Below are positions 38,799-49,713 of a stretch of DNA of 64,000 nucleotides, piece after piece. Numbering within the stretch: position 1 is the first letter of the stretch; every line of letters starts with the position of its first letter. The stretch spans positions 63,054,001 to 63,118,000 of the forward strand of contig JBNRSN020000009.1 of the NCBI GenBank assembly GCA_051313645.2, written 5' to 3'. Source of the DNA: Centroscyllium fabricii. Taxonomy: Eukaryota. The position numbers and the translations under genes were made by a program. The notes below the pieces were generated by a model. It was given only the letters and a program-made list of their open reading frames with translations, was not told the origin of the DNA and ran no database searches.

Positions 38799-41700
38799 TT
38801 AAGTCCGGGGGGGGAGTGAATGGACCGAGCAGTTCAATATCAGCCTATCCAGTGGTCGTGCCAGCCTGGAGGACCGCCGGAGTTCCGGTGATGATCGCTC
38901 ATGATCCGTGCTGTTCGAGTCCGCTGGTGGCGACAGTTGCCCTGGTGCCATGGTTTCGGGTGGTGATGGTCTCCGCTGGTCCGAGCTATCGGAGTGGTGG
39001 TCCTGGGTTGGCCACTGCTGGGGCTCTGGGAAACTCGGAGGCCATTGTAGGTGTAGGGGGTGTTCTGGGTACTGTAGCTGAGTGGCCTGCTGACCGACCC
39101 GGGGCTCTGTGGTGCTTCCTGCGGGCGCCAGGTCCCTGATGGATACGGTGTCCTCACGCCCGTCCGGGAACTGCACGAATGCGTATTGCGGGTTCGCATG
39201 CAGGAGCTGCACCTTGTCCACCAGGGGGTCAGTCTTGTGGCCTCAGACGTGTCTTCTAAGGAAGACCGGCCCCGGTGTCGTCAGCCATGGCGGAAGAGCT
39301 GTCCCCGAAGTTGACTTCCTGGGAAAAGCAAAAATCAAATCATGAGGAGTTGCGTTAGTGGCCGTACATAGGAGAGAGCGTATAGAGTGCAGCGCGTCTG
39401 GGAGGACTGCCTGCCAATGGGCCACTGGAAGGCCTCTGGACTTCAGAGCCAGGGTGACCGCCTTCCAGATGATCCCATTCTCCCTTTCTACCTGGCCGTT
39501 CCCCCGGGGGTTATAACTGGTTGTTCTGCTCGTGGCAACCCCTTTCTGGAGCAGAAACTGACGCAGTTCATCGCTCATGAACGATGACCCCCGGTCGCTA
39601 TGGATGTAGCTGGAGAGACCGAAAATGGCGAACAGCGTGGTGAAGTGTTTTATCACCGTTGCGCTCGTCATATCTGCGCAGGGGAAGGCGAAGGGGAAGC
39701 GGGAGAACTCATCTACGACCGTGAGGAAGTATGAGTTGCGGTCGGTGGTGGGGAGGGGGCCTTTGAAGTCCATGCTGAGACGTTCAAAGGGGCGGGTGGC
39801 CTTGATGAGGTGCACCATGTCTGGCCGGAAAAATTGGGGTTTGCACTCGGCGCAAACAAGGCACTCTCGGGTCATAGCCTTGATCTCCGTGATGGAGTAG
39901 GGGAGGCTACGGGATCTGACGAAGTGGGCGAGTCTGGTGACACCCGGGTGGCAAAGGCGGTCGTGGAGGTCCTTCAGCCGGTCGAGCTGGGCACTGGCGC
40001 ACGTTCCCCTGGACAGTGCGTCCGGGGGTTCATTGAGTTTGCCTGGTCGGTAAAGAATGTCATACTCGTAAGTCGAGAGCTCGATCCGCCACCGCAGGAT
40101 CTTATCATTCTTGATCTTACCCTTCTGTTTATTATTAAACATAAACGCCACCGACCGTTGGTCGGTGAGAAGGGTAAAACGCTTACCGGCCAGGTAATGA
40201 CGCCAGTAGCGCACGGCCTCCACGATGGCCTGGGCCTCCTTTTCCACTGCTGAGTGGCGAGTTTCGGGTCCCTGTAGGGTGCGGGAGAAAAACGCTACGG
40301 GCCTGCCTGCCTGATTCAGGGTGGCAGCAAGGGCGAAGTCCGAAGCGTCGCTCTCCACCTGGAAGGGAATGGATTCATCAACAGCGAGCATGGTCGCCTT
40401 GATGATGTCTTCCTTTATCCGGGCGAATGCCATTTGGGCTTCTACCGAAAGGGGGAAAACGGCAGCCTTGAGCAGTGGTCTAGCCTTGTCTGCGAACTGT
40501 GGGACCCATTGTGCGTAGTAGGAGAAAAATCCTAGGCATCTCCTCAAGGCTTTAGGGTTGTGAGGTAGGGGCAGTTCTTGAAGGGGTCGCATACGCTGTG
40601 GGTCGGGGCCGAGGACCCCGTTCTCCACCACGTATCCGAGGATGGCGAGCCGGTCTGTATTAAAGACACATTTGTCTTTGTTATACGTGAGGTCCAGCTT
40701 ATCCGCCGTGTCGAGAAATTTGGCCAGATTGGCATCGTGGTCCTGCTGGTCGTGGCCGCAGATGATCACGTTGTCCAGGTAGGGGAAGGTGGCCTGCAAC
40801 TCGTTCTGGTCAACCATGTGGTCCATCTCCCGCTGGAACACTGACACTCCGTTGGTCACGCCGAAGGGGACCCGGAGGAAGTGGTAGAGCCGACCGTTCG
40901 CCTCGAAGACGGTGTAACGGCGGTCGGCTTTCCGGATCGGGAGTTGGTGATACGCTGACTTAAGGTCGATCGTGGAGAACACCTTGTACTGGGCGATCTG
41001 ATTGACCATTTCCGAGATGCGGGGAAGTGGGTAGGTGTCGAGCCCGGTGTAGCGGTTGATGGTCTGGCTGTAATCGATCACCAGCCGTTGTTTCTTGCCA
41101 GACTTTACCACTACAACCTGGGCGCGCCAGGGGCTGGTGCTGGCTTCAATTATCCCCTCCTTCAGCATACGCCCGACCTCCGACCTGATAAACGTGCGAT
41201 CCCCCACACTGTACCGCCGACTCTTGGTAGCAATAGGTTTGCACTTGGGGTCGAGGTTGGCGAACAGTGAGGGGGAGTCGATTTTCAGGGTGGAGAGGCC
41301 GCAGGCCGGGCTCCGCTTTGGGAAGGGACTGTCCCGGCTACTGACGGTGAGGGGGGGCAAGGTCCCGCCGAACTCCATTGTCACGCTCTTGAGGTGGCAC
41401 TGGAAATCCAGACCTAGTAAGGCTGGGGCGCACAACTGCTGGAGGGTGTACAATTTAAAATTACGGTACACGCACCCCTTGACTGTGAACGTGACGGAGC
41501 AGTAGCCGGTGACGTCCGCGGTGTGAGACTTTGAAGCAAGGGAGACTTGGTAGTTTGTGGGCAGGATCTGCAGTCCGCAGCGCTGCACTGTATCGGGGTG
41601 CACAAAGCTCTCCGTGCTTCCAGTGTCAAATAGGCAATTAGTAGTATAGCCGTTTATTTTGATGGGCATTATTGAGTTAGACAGGGTGTGTGGCCTGTCC

Positions 41701-43073
41701 TGGTCCACTCTGGGTATGGCTGAAGCAGACGTGTGCTTCTGTGTGTGTGGGCCCCCTGCTGGTTGGGGCTGTATATAAAATGGCGGCGCCCCTGGCTCGC
41801 ACATGGTGGGGCCCTGTAGACAAAATGGCGGCGCCCCTGGCTCGCACATGGTGGGGCCCTGGGGACAAAATGGCGGCGCCGAGGGGTCGCACATGGTGGG
41901 CCGCTGGGGGCGAGATGGCGGCGCCCGTGGTTCGCACGCGGCTGACCGCTGTGAGCGCGCTGGCGGCGCCTGTGGTTCGCACGCAGCGGGCCGCGGTGAC
42001 TGGGTTTGCGGCGCCCGTGGTTCGCACGCAGCGGGCCGCGGTGGTCGGGTTGGCGGTGCCCGTGGTTCGCACGCAGCAAGCCGCGGTGGTCGGGTTGGCG
42101 GTGCCCGTGATTCGCACGCAGCCGGCCGCATTGGGTCTGCTGCTGGCGTTGGGGGGTCGCGCTTGGCCGGCCTTTGCCGCCTCGGGGTGGGAGATGGAGG
42201 CGCTTTCCTCCTACCCCCGGACCGTCGCTGGATCGCGCTGCTATTGCAGCTTACCTGAGGTCTGTCGCTTTCACAGGCTGCGCTGTTGTACCTGGAGTTG
42301 GGCGCTGCTGGTGCTGATCTGCAAGCCTTTGCATAATGTCCCTTCTTGGCGCACCTCTCACAGGTCGCAGTCCTTGCTGGGCATCTCGCTCTCGGGTGCA
42401 GTCCCTGGCTGCAGAAGTAGCAGCGTTTGTCTTTTGTGGCTGTCGCAGCAATCGTGGGGGTCTCGACCCGTTGTGGTGCTGCCCAGGCCTGGGCCCGTTG
42501 TGGCGCGGCCCACATGTCGTAGGCCTGCGGGTTTGTGCCGCTGTAAGCTTGCAGTTTGTTGCACGCTCCTTCCACGGAGTTAGATATAGCAATCGCGTCT
42601 TCGAGGGACAAAGTGTCTTTTTCGAGCAGCCGCTGGCGGGCCTCCACGCACCTTAGTCCAGTTACATACGCGTCTCGGACGAGGAGGTTCACCTCCTCTT
42701 CTGCTGTCCTGGCTTAGCAGCCACAGACCCGTACCAGGGCCTGGAGCGCTTGCTCAAATTGTTCATTAGTCTCACCCGGTAGTTGTGGTCTGGTCGCGAG
42801 CACATGTCTGGCGTAGACCGAATGGACCGGGCGCTCGTAGCATTTCCTCAGCTTTTCCACTGCCCCTGGGTAGGTTTTGGCGTCTCGGATGAGGGAGAAT
42901 ACTCGGCTGGAGATCCTGGACTGGAGAACCTTTAGCTTGTTCCCATCGGTTGTAGCCTTGGCGGCGTCCATATAGGCCTCCAGGAGACCGAACCAGTGTT
43001 CGAACGTGGTGGCGGCGGCAGGGTCCTGTGGACTGATATCCAGCTTTTCTGGCTTTACTGCACCGCTCTCCAT
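38799..43073 (-). pseudogene. Single-frame gag-pol with two in-frame nonsense changes (~42714 TAA, ~39243 TGA)
   Basis: ORFs 42714-43073, 39243-42692 and 38799-39221 share one frame; all domains present; YLDN at 40770-40781. Confidence 0.9.
41770..42135 (-). repeat. 45-bp coding tandem repeat (RPAACEPRAPPTRPP / TMCEPGAPPFC) between Gag NC and PR
   Basis: About 8 visible units; homologous array at 55125-55390. Confidence 0.85.
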
Positions 43074-43498
43074 TTAAAAACTTTAAGTGATTAAAATTGA
43101 CGTATCGTCAATATCTTCAGATTAAAAGACTCAACGAGTAGTTACCGTAACTATAGGCTTTTAATCACTTACTTAGGAGCTACCCTCCGAACGAACATCT
43201 AAGCAGGAATGAGGGAGCCTCAGTCAGTCTCCACCTATAAAGGCCTCACCTGGGGGAGGAGTTAGAGGTGTGGCTGACCTGGCTCCCGACAGCATTACAG
43301 GGCTGTGTATCACATATACACAGCCAATATTGGCAACAAGAATGCAGTGGTATACATAACATTATGGGTTACCACAATTACTAAGCAAATGATTGGAACA
43401 AATCTAGCATCTTTTTCATTTCATAGTCAGATAATAAAATCATATATCAAAAAATCATGAATCTCTTTCTGGAATAATATGACCAGCAATATCATTTA

Positions 43499-44325
43499 TA
43501 AGAACATAAGAACTAGGAGCAGAAATAGGCCACTTGGCCCCTCGAGCCTGCTCCGCCATTCAATAAGATCATGGCTGATCTCGGGCTCAAAGCAACTTCC
43601 CCACCCGCTCCCCATAACCCTTCACTCCCTTATCTTGCAAAAATCTGTCTATCTCCACCTCAAATGTATTTAATGACCCAGCCTCCACAATTCTCTGAGG
43701 CAGAGAATTACACAGATTTACGACCCTCTGAGAGAAGAAATTCCTCCTCATCAGTTCTAAAAAGGTGACCCTTTATTCTAAAACTGTGTCCCCGCATTCT
43801 AGATTTCCCCACGAGGTGAAACATCCTCTCTGCATCTATCCTGTCGAGCACCCTCAGTATCTTACATGTTTCAATAAGATCGGCTCTCATTCTTCTAAAT
43901 TCCAATGAGTGTAGGCCCAGCCTGCTCAACCTTTCCTCATAAGTCAACCCCCTCATCTCTGGAATTAGCCCAGTGAATCGTCTCTCAACTGTCTTCAATG
44001 CAAGTATATCCTTCCTTAAATAAGGAGACCAAAACTGTACGCAGTACTCAAGGTGTGGTCTCACCAATACCCTGTACAGTTGTAGCAGGCCTTCCCTGTT
44101 TTTATACTCCAACCCCTTTGAAATAAAGGCCAACATTCAATTTGCCTTTTTGATTACTTGCTGTACCTGCATGCTAACTTTTTGTATTTCATGCACAAGG
44201 ATCCCCAGATCCCTCTGAACTGTAGCATTTTGTAATCACTCACCATTTAAATAATAATTTGCTTTATTATTTTTCCTAGCAAAATGTATAACCTTGCACT
44301 TTCCCACATTATACTCCATTCATTA
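43499..44325 (-). mobile_element. CR1 LINE 3' fragment
   Basis: LYRVLVRPHLEYCVQFWSP..LEFRRMRADLIET; tail ATAAGAACATAAGAA. Confidence 0.85.
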
Positions 44326-44639
44326 AATTTTTCTCAGAACAGACGCTGTCAACTCCCCTTTCTAGAAAATAAAGCACCAAGCCATCCCAATGACATTTGT
44401 ATGCAAAGGGGACATGGCCTCTTTAAATTTGCAAACAAACAACGCGTCATCAGACGCAAGAAACTGACATCCTCCAAGCAATTGCCTGGAGGGACCCGCA
44501 AGTCGGCTGTAACGAGGCCAATGAAGTCAAAATCGGAAGTGTTGGGAGGCAGCAGCCGGATGCGGGTCTGAAAGCTGCCAAGCAGCAGGCCCGCCATTAA
44601 CCCGCCTCTGTTATTAAAATTGAGCCCAAAGTTTTAGGC

Positions 44640-44890
44640 TTGATGCTTGGTCTGTTAGCTGATCCCTGCACTACAGTTCACTGCAGCTGCCCTGAGTTAG
44701 GGATGGGAAAATCAACTAAGTTTCCTCCTCTTGATCGCTATCAAGTGCGGCCTGCTGGAAGTGCACATATATAGATGTCTGCTGAGGACAACTGTGTTAC
44801 CGCATACTGTCGAAATACCTGCTGAAAAACATTGGCAAGGTTCACATATGATAATAGTCACTTAGATGAAGTGAAGGGTAACTGGCACCT
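44640..44890 (+). mobile_element. Ancient LF-SINE-like fragment (similar relic ~12910-13060)
   Basis: Recalled resemblance of GTTAGCTGATC..GATCGCTATC..CCTGCTGGAAGTGC..TGAGGACA to LF-SINE; not verified. Confidence 0.4.
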
Positions 44891-44947
44891 GTACAATTGC
44901 ATCCCATTAAAAGGAGGGGAGAGGAGAATATTGCTGAGAATCATAAT

Positions 44948-45712
44948 GGCCCAGAAATTCCGATCGCCCTGGGTGAGTACGCGCTGGGTACTCACCCGTA
45001 GGCCCATCCGAAGTGCCGGTTTCGTGCATGCACAGCGCATGCGCGCGAAACCGGCACTTCTGATACCCTGACAGAAGGGGTCAGGGGTCGGAACGCGAGC
45101 ACGGCAGAGCATGCACAATGCACTTGCGATTTATTTATTTTTTTACAGGTTTTTATCCGGGTAAGTATTGGAAAAAGTTACGCCTCCTATTTTCAAGTGC
45201 AAAGACCCCTTTTCAGCAGGCAAGTGGTGAACTAATTCAATTAAAAAAAAATTAGCACAGGTTTTTCATTTTTAAATACTTTAAAGAAAGGTAAGTTGAT
45301 TTTTAGCCCCGTTACATACTTTAATTATTTTTTTCAAAATTTTTAATTTTTGTTTAAAATAGCTAATTTATATAATTGATAGTTATTTTTAAAAATGTGA
45401 TGTTTTTTTAAAATTTATTTTAAGATTTACTGAGGTTTTGGGGCTGTAGTATTCATAAGTTTGACAGGTCTTCCTGTCAAACTTATGAATGGAGCATTCT
45501 GTGCTCCAATTGGCTCTCCGTGGCCCATGTGATCCCGCGCGATCCCTCGCACTATCTTCGCCGCTCGGATCCGGGAGCACAGCGCACCGGCACTTCAGGA
45601 AGGCCCTGCATCGGGATTACATGCAGGGGCACTGCTCAACGGCCGGCGCACTAGGTAAGTGTAGGTTGGAGGCTTGCACTCGCGGGAAGCCTCCAACCCA
45701 AATTTCTGGGCC
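44948..45712. mobile_element. Harbinger-type MITE
   Basis: TIR GGCCCAGAAATT / AATTTCTGGGCC; flanks AAT/ATT; GC-rich ends with AT-rich centre, as in 22332-23256. Confidence 0.7.
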
Positions 45713-46539
45713 ATTAAGTGTCTTTCTGTTTACTCTAACGGTCAAATGTGAAATGCGTTTGAGGCATCTTCAGCACGGGTGCTTCTGTGCGTGGATTGAA
45801 AAGTACAATAGTAGGGGGATGATCTCCTCTATTAATAAAATTGTAACCCCTTTTTTGTTACACATAGTGCACAGAGGAACTCTTCTCCCAAAATGACATA
45901 AAATTTAATAAAACAGGTCAAACAAGGAGTCAATGTCAGGAATAGACATGTTGCACTGGTACAATGAGGTTGTTTTTCTGAGATTATGATGATAGTGCAT
46001 GTTGAAGTCGAACTTTTGACAGATTTACTCTGCATCTGGTTGGCATTATTCCTGGCATTGAAATTCCAGATGGTAGCACTGAGTGCAAAAGTGTAAAATG
46101 TTCCTTTCGTCAGCACTAAGGTTCCTCACCTTAAAGAAACCAAACATTTATAAATGTTCAAAAAAATAATATAAATGCAAAGAAAAACAGATATCATGAA
46201 TCGTCTATCAGTGTTTGAGTTGAGACATTTCATCATATCATTCATAATAGGTAAGTAAGCATGTAAGAAACTGACACTGACAGTCGGCCCAGTGTGTTAC
46301 GTGTCAGGGGATTTGGGGGTTTGCAGGTAAGTGTCACGTGGCCCTGACTTGCCTGAGACAGTGCTCCTTCACTGTAATCCCATTTAAGTGTATCTCTGTC
46401 TAACTCTAGAGTTGCATTGGCACGAGATGTCATTTATGGGATAATGTCGCCTTCACCTGGGGATGGAATCTACCCATGGCATATATGCACGACTTGTTTC
46501 TTTATGGCAGTTGAAGCTGTTTAGATTTTATGATTTAGA

Positions 46540-47278
46540 TTTAGATTTGAACGAATGACTTGCATTTATATAGCCCCTTTCACGACTTCAGGACATCTCC
46601 CAGAGCTTTACAGCCAATGAAGTACTTTTTGAAATGTAGTCACTGTTGTAATGTGGGAAACGCAGCAGCCAATTTGCACACAGCAAGATCCCACAAACAG
46701 CAATGTGATCATGAACAGAGAATCTGTTTTACTGATGTTGGTCGAGGAATAAATATTGGCCAGGACACCGGGGATACGGTGGGCGGCACGGTGGCACAGT
46801 GGTTAGCACTGTTGCCTCACAGCTCTGGAGACTCGGGTTCAAATCCAGCCTCGGGTACTATCTGTGTGGAGTTTGCACATTCTCCCCATGTCTGCGTGGG
46901 TTTCCTCCGGGCGCTCCGGTTTCCTCCCACAGTCCAAAGATGTGCGGGTTAGGTTGATTGGCCATGATAAATTGACCCTTAGTGTTAGGGGGATTGAATA
47001 TGTGGGGTTACGGGGATAGGGTGGGATGTGTGTCGGTGCAGGCTCGATAGGGATCGAGGGATATGGGAAGAGGGCAGGGGTGGGGTAATGGGTTTGGATG
47101 ATCAGCCATGATCTCATTGAATGGCGGAGCAGGCTCGAAGGGCCGAATGGCCTACTCCTGCTCCTATCTTCTATGTTTCTATGTTTCTATAACTCTCCTT
47201 CGAATAGTGACATGGAATCTTTTACATCCATCTGAGAGGGTAGAAGGGGCCTTGGTTTAACGTCTCATCCAAAAGGCT
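46540..47278 (-). mobile_element. DeuSINE copy interrupted by a V-SINE
   Basis: 46555-46776 and 47192-47275 are reverse-complementary to 1560-1870. Confidence 0.75.
46777..47188 (+). mobile_element. HE1-like V-SINE with CR1-type tail
   Basis: A/B boxes GTGGCACAGTGG / GGTTCAAATCC; V-domain TGTGTGGAGTTTGCACATTCTCCCC..GGTTTCCTCCCAC; (TTCTATGT)n tail; ATA duplication. Confidence 0.85.
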
Positions 47279-47402
47279 GACTGTTAGCAAATTAAATTGA
47301 CCCAACCGAGTGTGACAGATAATACAGATCATAAGCATGGGCTGTAATGAATAGGTTATTAGCTCACCAATCAAATGAATTCATAATCTTGGTGTTGTGG
47401 AT

Positions 47403-47681
47403 TGTTACCGAATTAACGACCTCAGAGACGAGTTATTAAGAGGTGAAAACTATAGGCTTTTATTAGCTAAAGGTGGACATGCACCAGCTAGTCGACCGTC
47501 CCCAGGAATGGCTGGGGGAAGGGAGACGGCCGCTTATATACCTGGTCCTGGGAGGGAGGAGTCGCAGGCAGGGCCAGCATGGGCATGTCCAGGTGATCGC
47601 ATACAGAGAACTATAATACAACATAGTGAAAAGGCGATTACAACAATATATACATATATATACAAAGAGTGGTTTACCACA
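47403..47681 (-). mobile_element. Solo Gypsy LTR related to 3-259
   Basis: Shares TAGGCTTTTATTAGCTAAAG and GTGGTTTACCACA; TSD not clean. Confidence 0.75.
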
Positions 47682-48145
47682 TAGAGTATATAATCGGTGC
47701 AGGGGTTGATTGCACAGAAATGCTTTCTGAAGCTATCTTTCACTTGTTTTCTTTTTATTATTTGTGAAAAGTAAGGTGTAGTTAATAATGAATATTTTGG
47801 AGGATTTTTGATGGAGGTTATTTTCCTTACATTATTTTCAGTGTAAATTTTGATTTAAATGTTTTTTTCAAAGAATTTTGTAGCCTACAAATTAGCAGAC
47901 TGTGTTTCTTTCAAATTTCTTTATCCTCTGTTTTACTACAGGCATTTAAAATAAGCAAGGGGTGAGGGGAATTAATGCCTTTGTTAAAATAGTGAACAGA
48001 AGAAGGTCAGACAAATGCATTAAACATATGTCAGCAAATATCGGCAGCAGTAATTTCCAGGCCTATATATTTAAGTCCAATGTTATACCACATTGTTCAG
48101 GTGGTTTATTTTGATTAATATACTGCACTGGCTGTTGATTGTATC

Positions 48146-49048
48146 GGGGTGATTTTAACTATCGGGGTCCTGGCCAGCAAACCACGTAGGCTGGCCACCT
48201 GATCCATGGTGTGGAAGGCCCAGCCATTTTGAGGGCCAGGCTTTATTAATATGCTGCTGGCGATGGGGGTCCTGTTGCAGCTCTCTGGATCTGGGTCGAT
48301 GCAATATCAGGCGGCCTAGAGGCCAACCCAGTTGACAGAATGTCAGGTCCGGGGGAGTGACGACTGTGGGGGGGGCGGGGGGGGAAGGGAGCCCGAATCA
48401 GCATGAGCCTACATTATCACTGCTGCTCTTCCTCCTTCTCTTCTGTGCCCAGTGGCATGTGCGGAAACACATTTCTTCCACTGCTTTTACACCCAGCAGA
48501 TCATGGGCTGCGTTGTTTCCATAACAAATACTCCATTATTATGTAGCCAGGTCATTAGCTTGACCAGGGGTGACCGGCTAATTGCGATGATGGGTCGCTA
48601 CTCTGCTCCCATCGGAAACTGCTACTCCTGGTTGGAAGTCTTGTCTCTGCTCGCCGGGACTGTTTGGAGTGGGATTCAACCCATAACTTTCTGACTCCAT
48701 GGCGGAAATGCTAACACTGAGCCAAGGCTCACTCACCGGCTCCTCCTGGCCACACAAAACTCATTTTAGACTTATCATTTTGGGACTTCTTTCTCTTGAC
48801 CGCCAGGTTTTCCTGAGCGGAACGTCCATGGCACACACGCTTTAAATTGCATTTTGGCCCCATGTACATTATAGGACCCTGATTTGCATTAATTAACGAG
48901 CCTCCCAGCTGATTCAGTCAGGTGTCTGGGTGGATAGCCCAAGTTAAAATGGAGGTTGAACAGGAATAGGCTGTTAAGTTGACCACCTTGATTTTTTAAC
49001 TCCTCTACGACCCTATTTCCGCCAGGTGTAAGGGTTTAAAATTACTCC
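48146..49048. mobile_element. Old Harbinger-type MITE containing a SINE-head fragment (~48655-48728, -)
   Basis: Ends GGGGTGATTTTAA / TTAAAATTACTCC. Confidence 0.5.
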
Positions 49049-49104
49049 TTATGCTTTTATTCCGCAGTCATCAATATCACTTTCATAGCTCCCAGCAATG
49101 TTAT

Positions 49105-49712
49105 TTCATAGAATCATAGAATGGCTACAGCACAGTAGGAGGCCATTCGACCCGTCAAGCCTGTGCCAGCTCTATGCAAGAGCACTTCAGCTAGTCCGAC
49201 TCCACTGTCCTTTCACCGTAGCCCTGCAACATATTTTCCTTCAGGTACTTATCTAATCCCCTTTTGAAAGCCATGATTGAATCTGCTTCCACCACCCTTT
49301 CAGGCATTGAATTCCAGATCCTAACCACTCGCTGTGTAAAAAGATTTTCCTCATGTTGCCTTTGGTTCTTTTGTCAATCACCTTAAATTTGTGTCCAATA
49401 ATTCTCGACCCTTCTGCCAATGGGAACAGATTCTCTCTACTCTGTCTAGCCCCCTCATGATTTTGAATACCTCTATCAAATCTCATCTCAACCTTCTCTG
49501 CTCTAAGGAGACCAACCCCAGCTTCTCCAGTCTATCCAAATATCTGAAATCCCTCATCCCTGGAATCATTCTCGTAAATCTTTTCTGCACCCTTTCTATG
49601 GCATTCACATCCTTCCTAAAATGCGGTGCCCAGAATTGAACACAATACTCCAGTTTAGGGCAAACCAGTGTTTTATAAAGGTTCATCATAACTTCCTTGT
49701 TTTTGTACTCTG
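49105..49712 (-). mobile_element. CR1 LINE 3' fragment
   Basis: LYKTLVCPKLEYCVQFWAPHFRKD; tail ATAGAATCATAGAAT. Confidence 0.85.
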
Positions 49713-49713
49713 C

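Larger units (their letters stand above)
38499..43376 (-). mobile_element. Full-length YLDN-lineage Gypsy element
   Basis: LTRs 38499-38778 and 43098-43376 (2 substitutions, 1 indel); perfect TSD ATTAC; PPT AAGAAGGGGTGAA. Confidence 0.95.
37254..44627. mobile_element. Internally deleted Harbinger element with transposase and Myb/SANT remnants; hosts a Gypsy and a CR1
   Basis: TIRs GGGCTCTATTTTAATA / TATTAAAATTGAGCCC; Myb-like remnant (-) ~38215-38460 (APRFNEGSLHALVEGV..AWLQIAEEV..KRFNDL); acidic transposase C-terminus (+) ~37820-38030. Confidence 0.75.

Noticed and set aside
42700-42720. In-frame TAA in gag as programmed read-through
   Set aside because: It lies mid-gag where the relative at 55607-56332 has Gln, so it is a simple nonsense mutation.
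45832-46140. Possible minus-strand exon or 94-aa ORF
   Set aside because: No recognisable homology or consistent splice pair.
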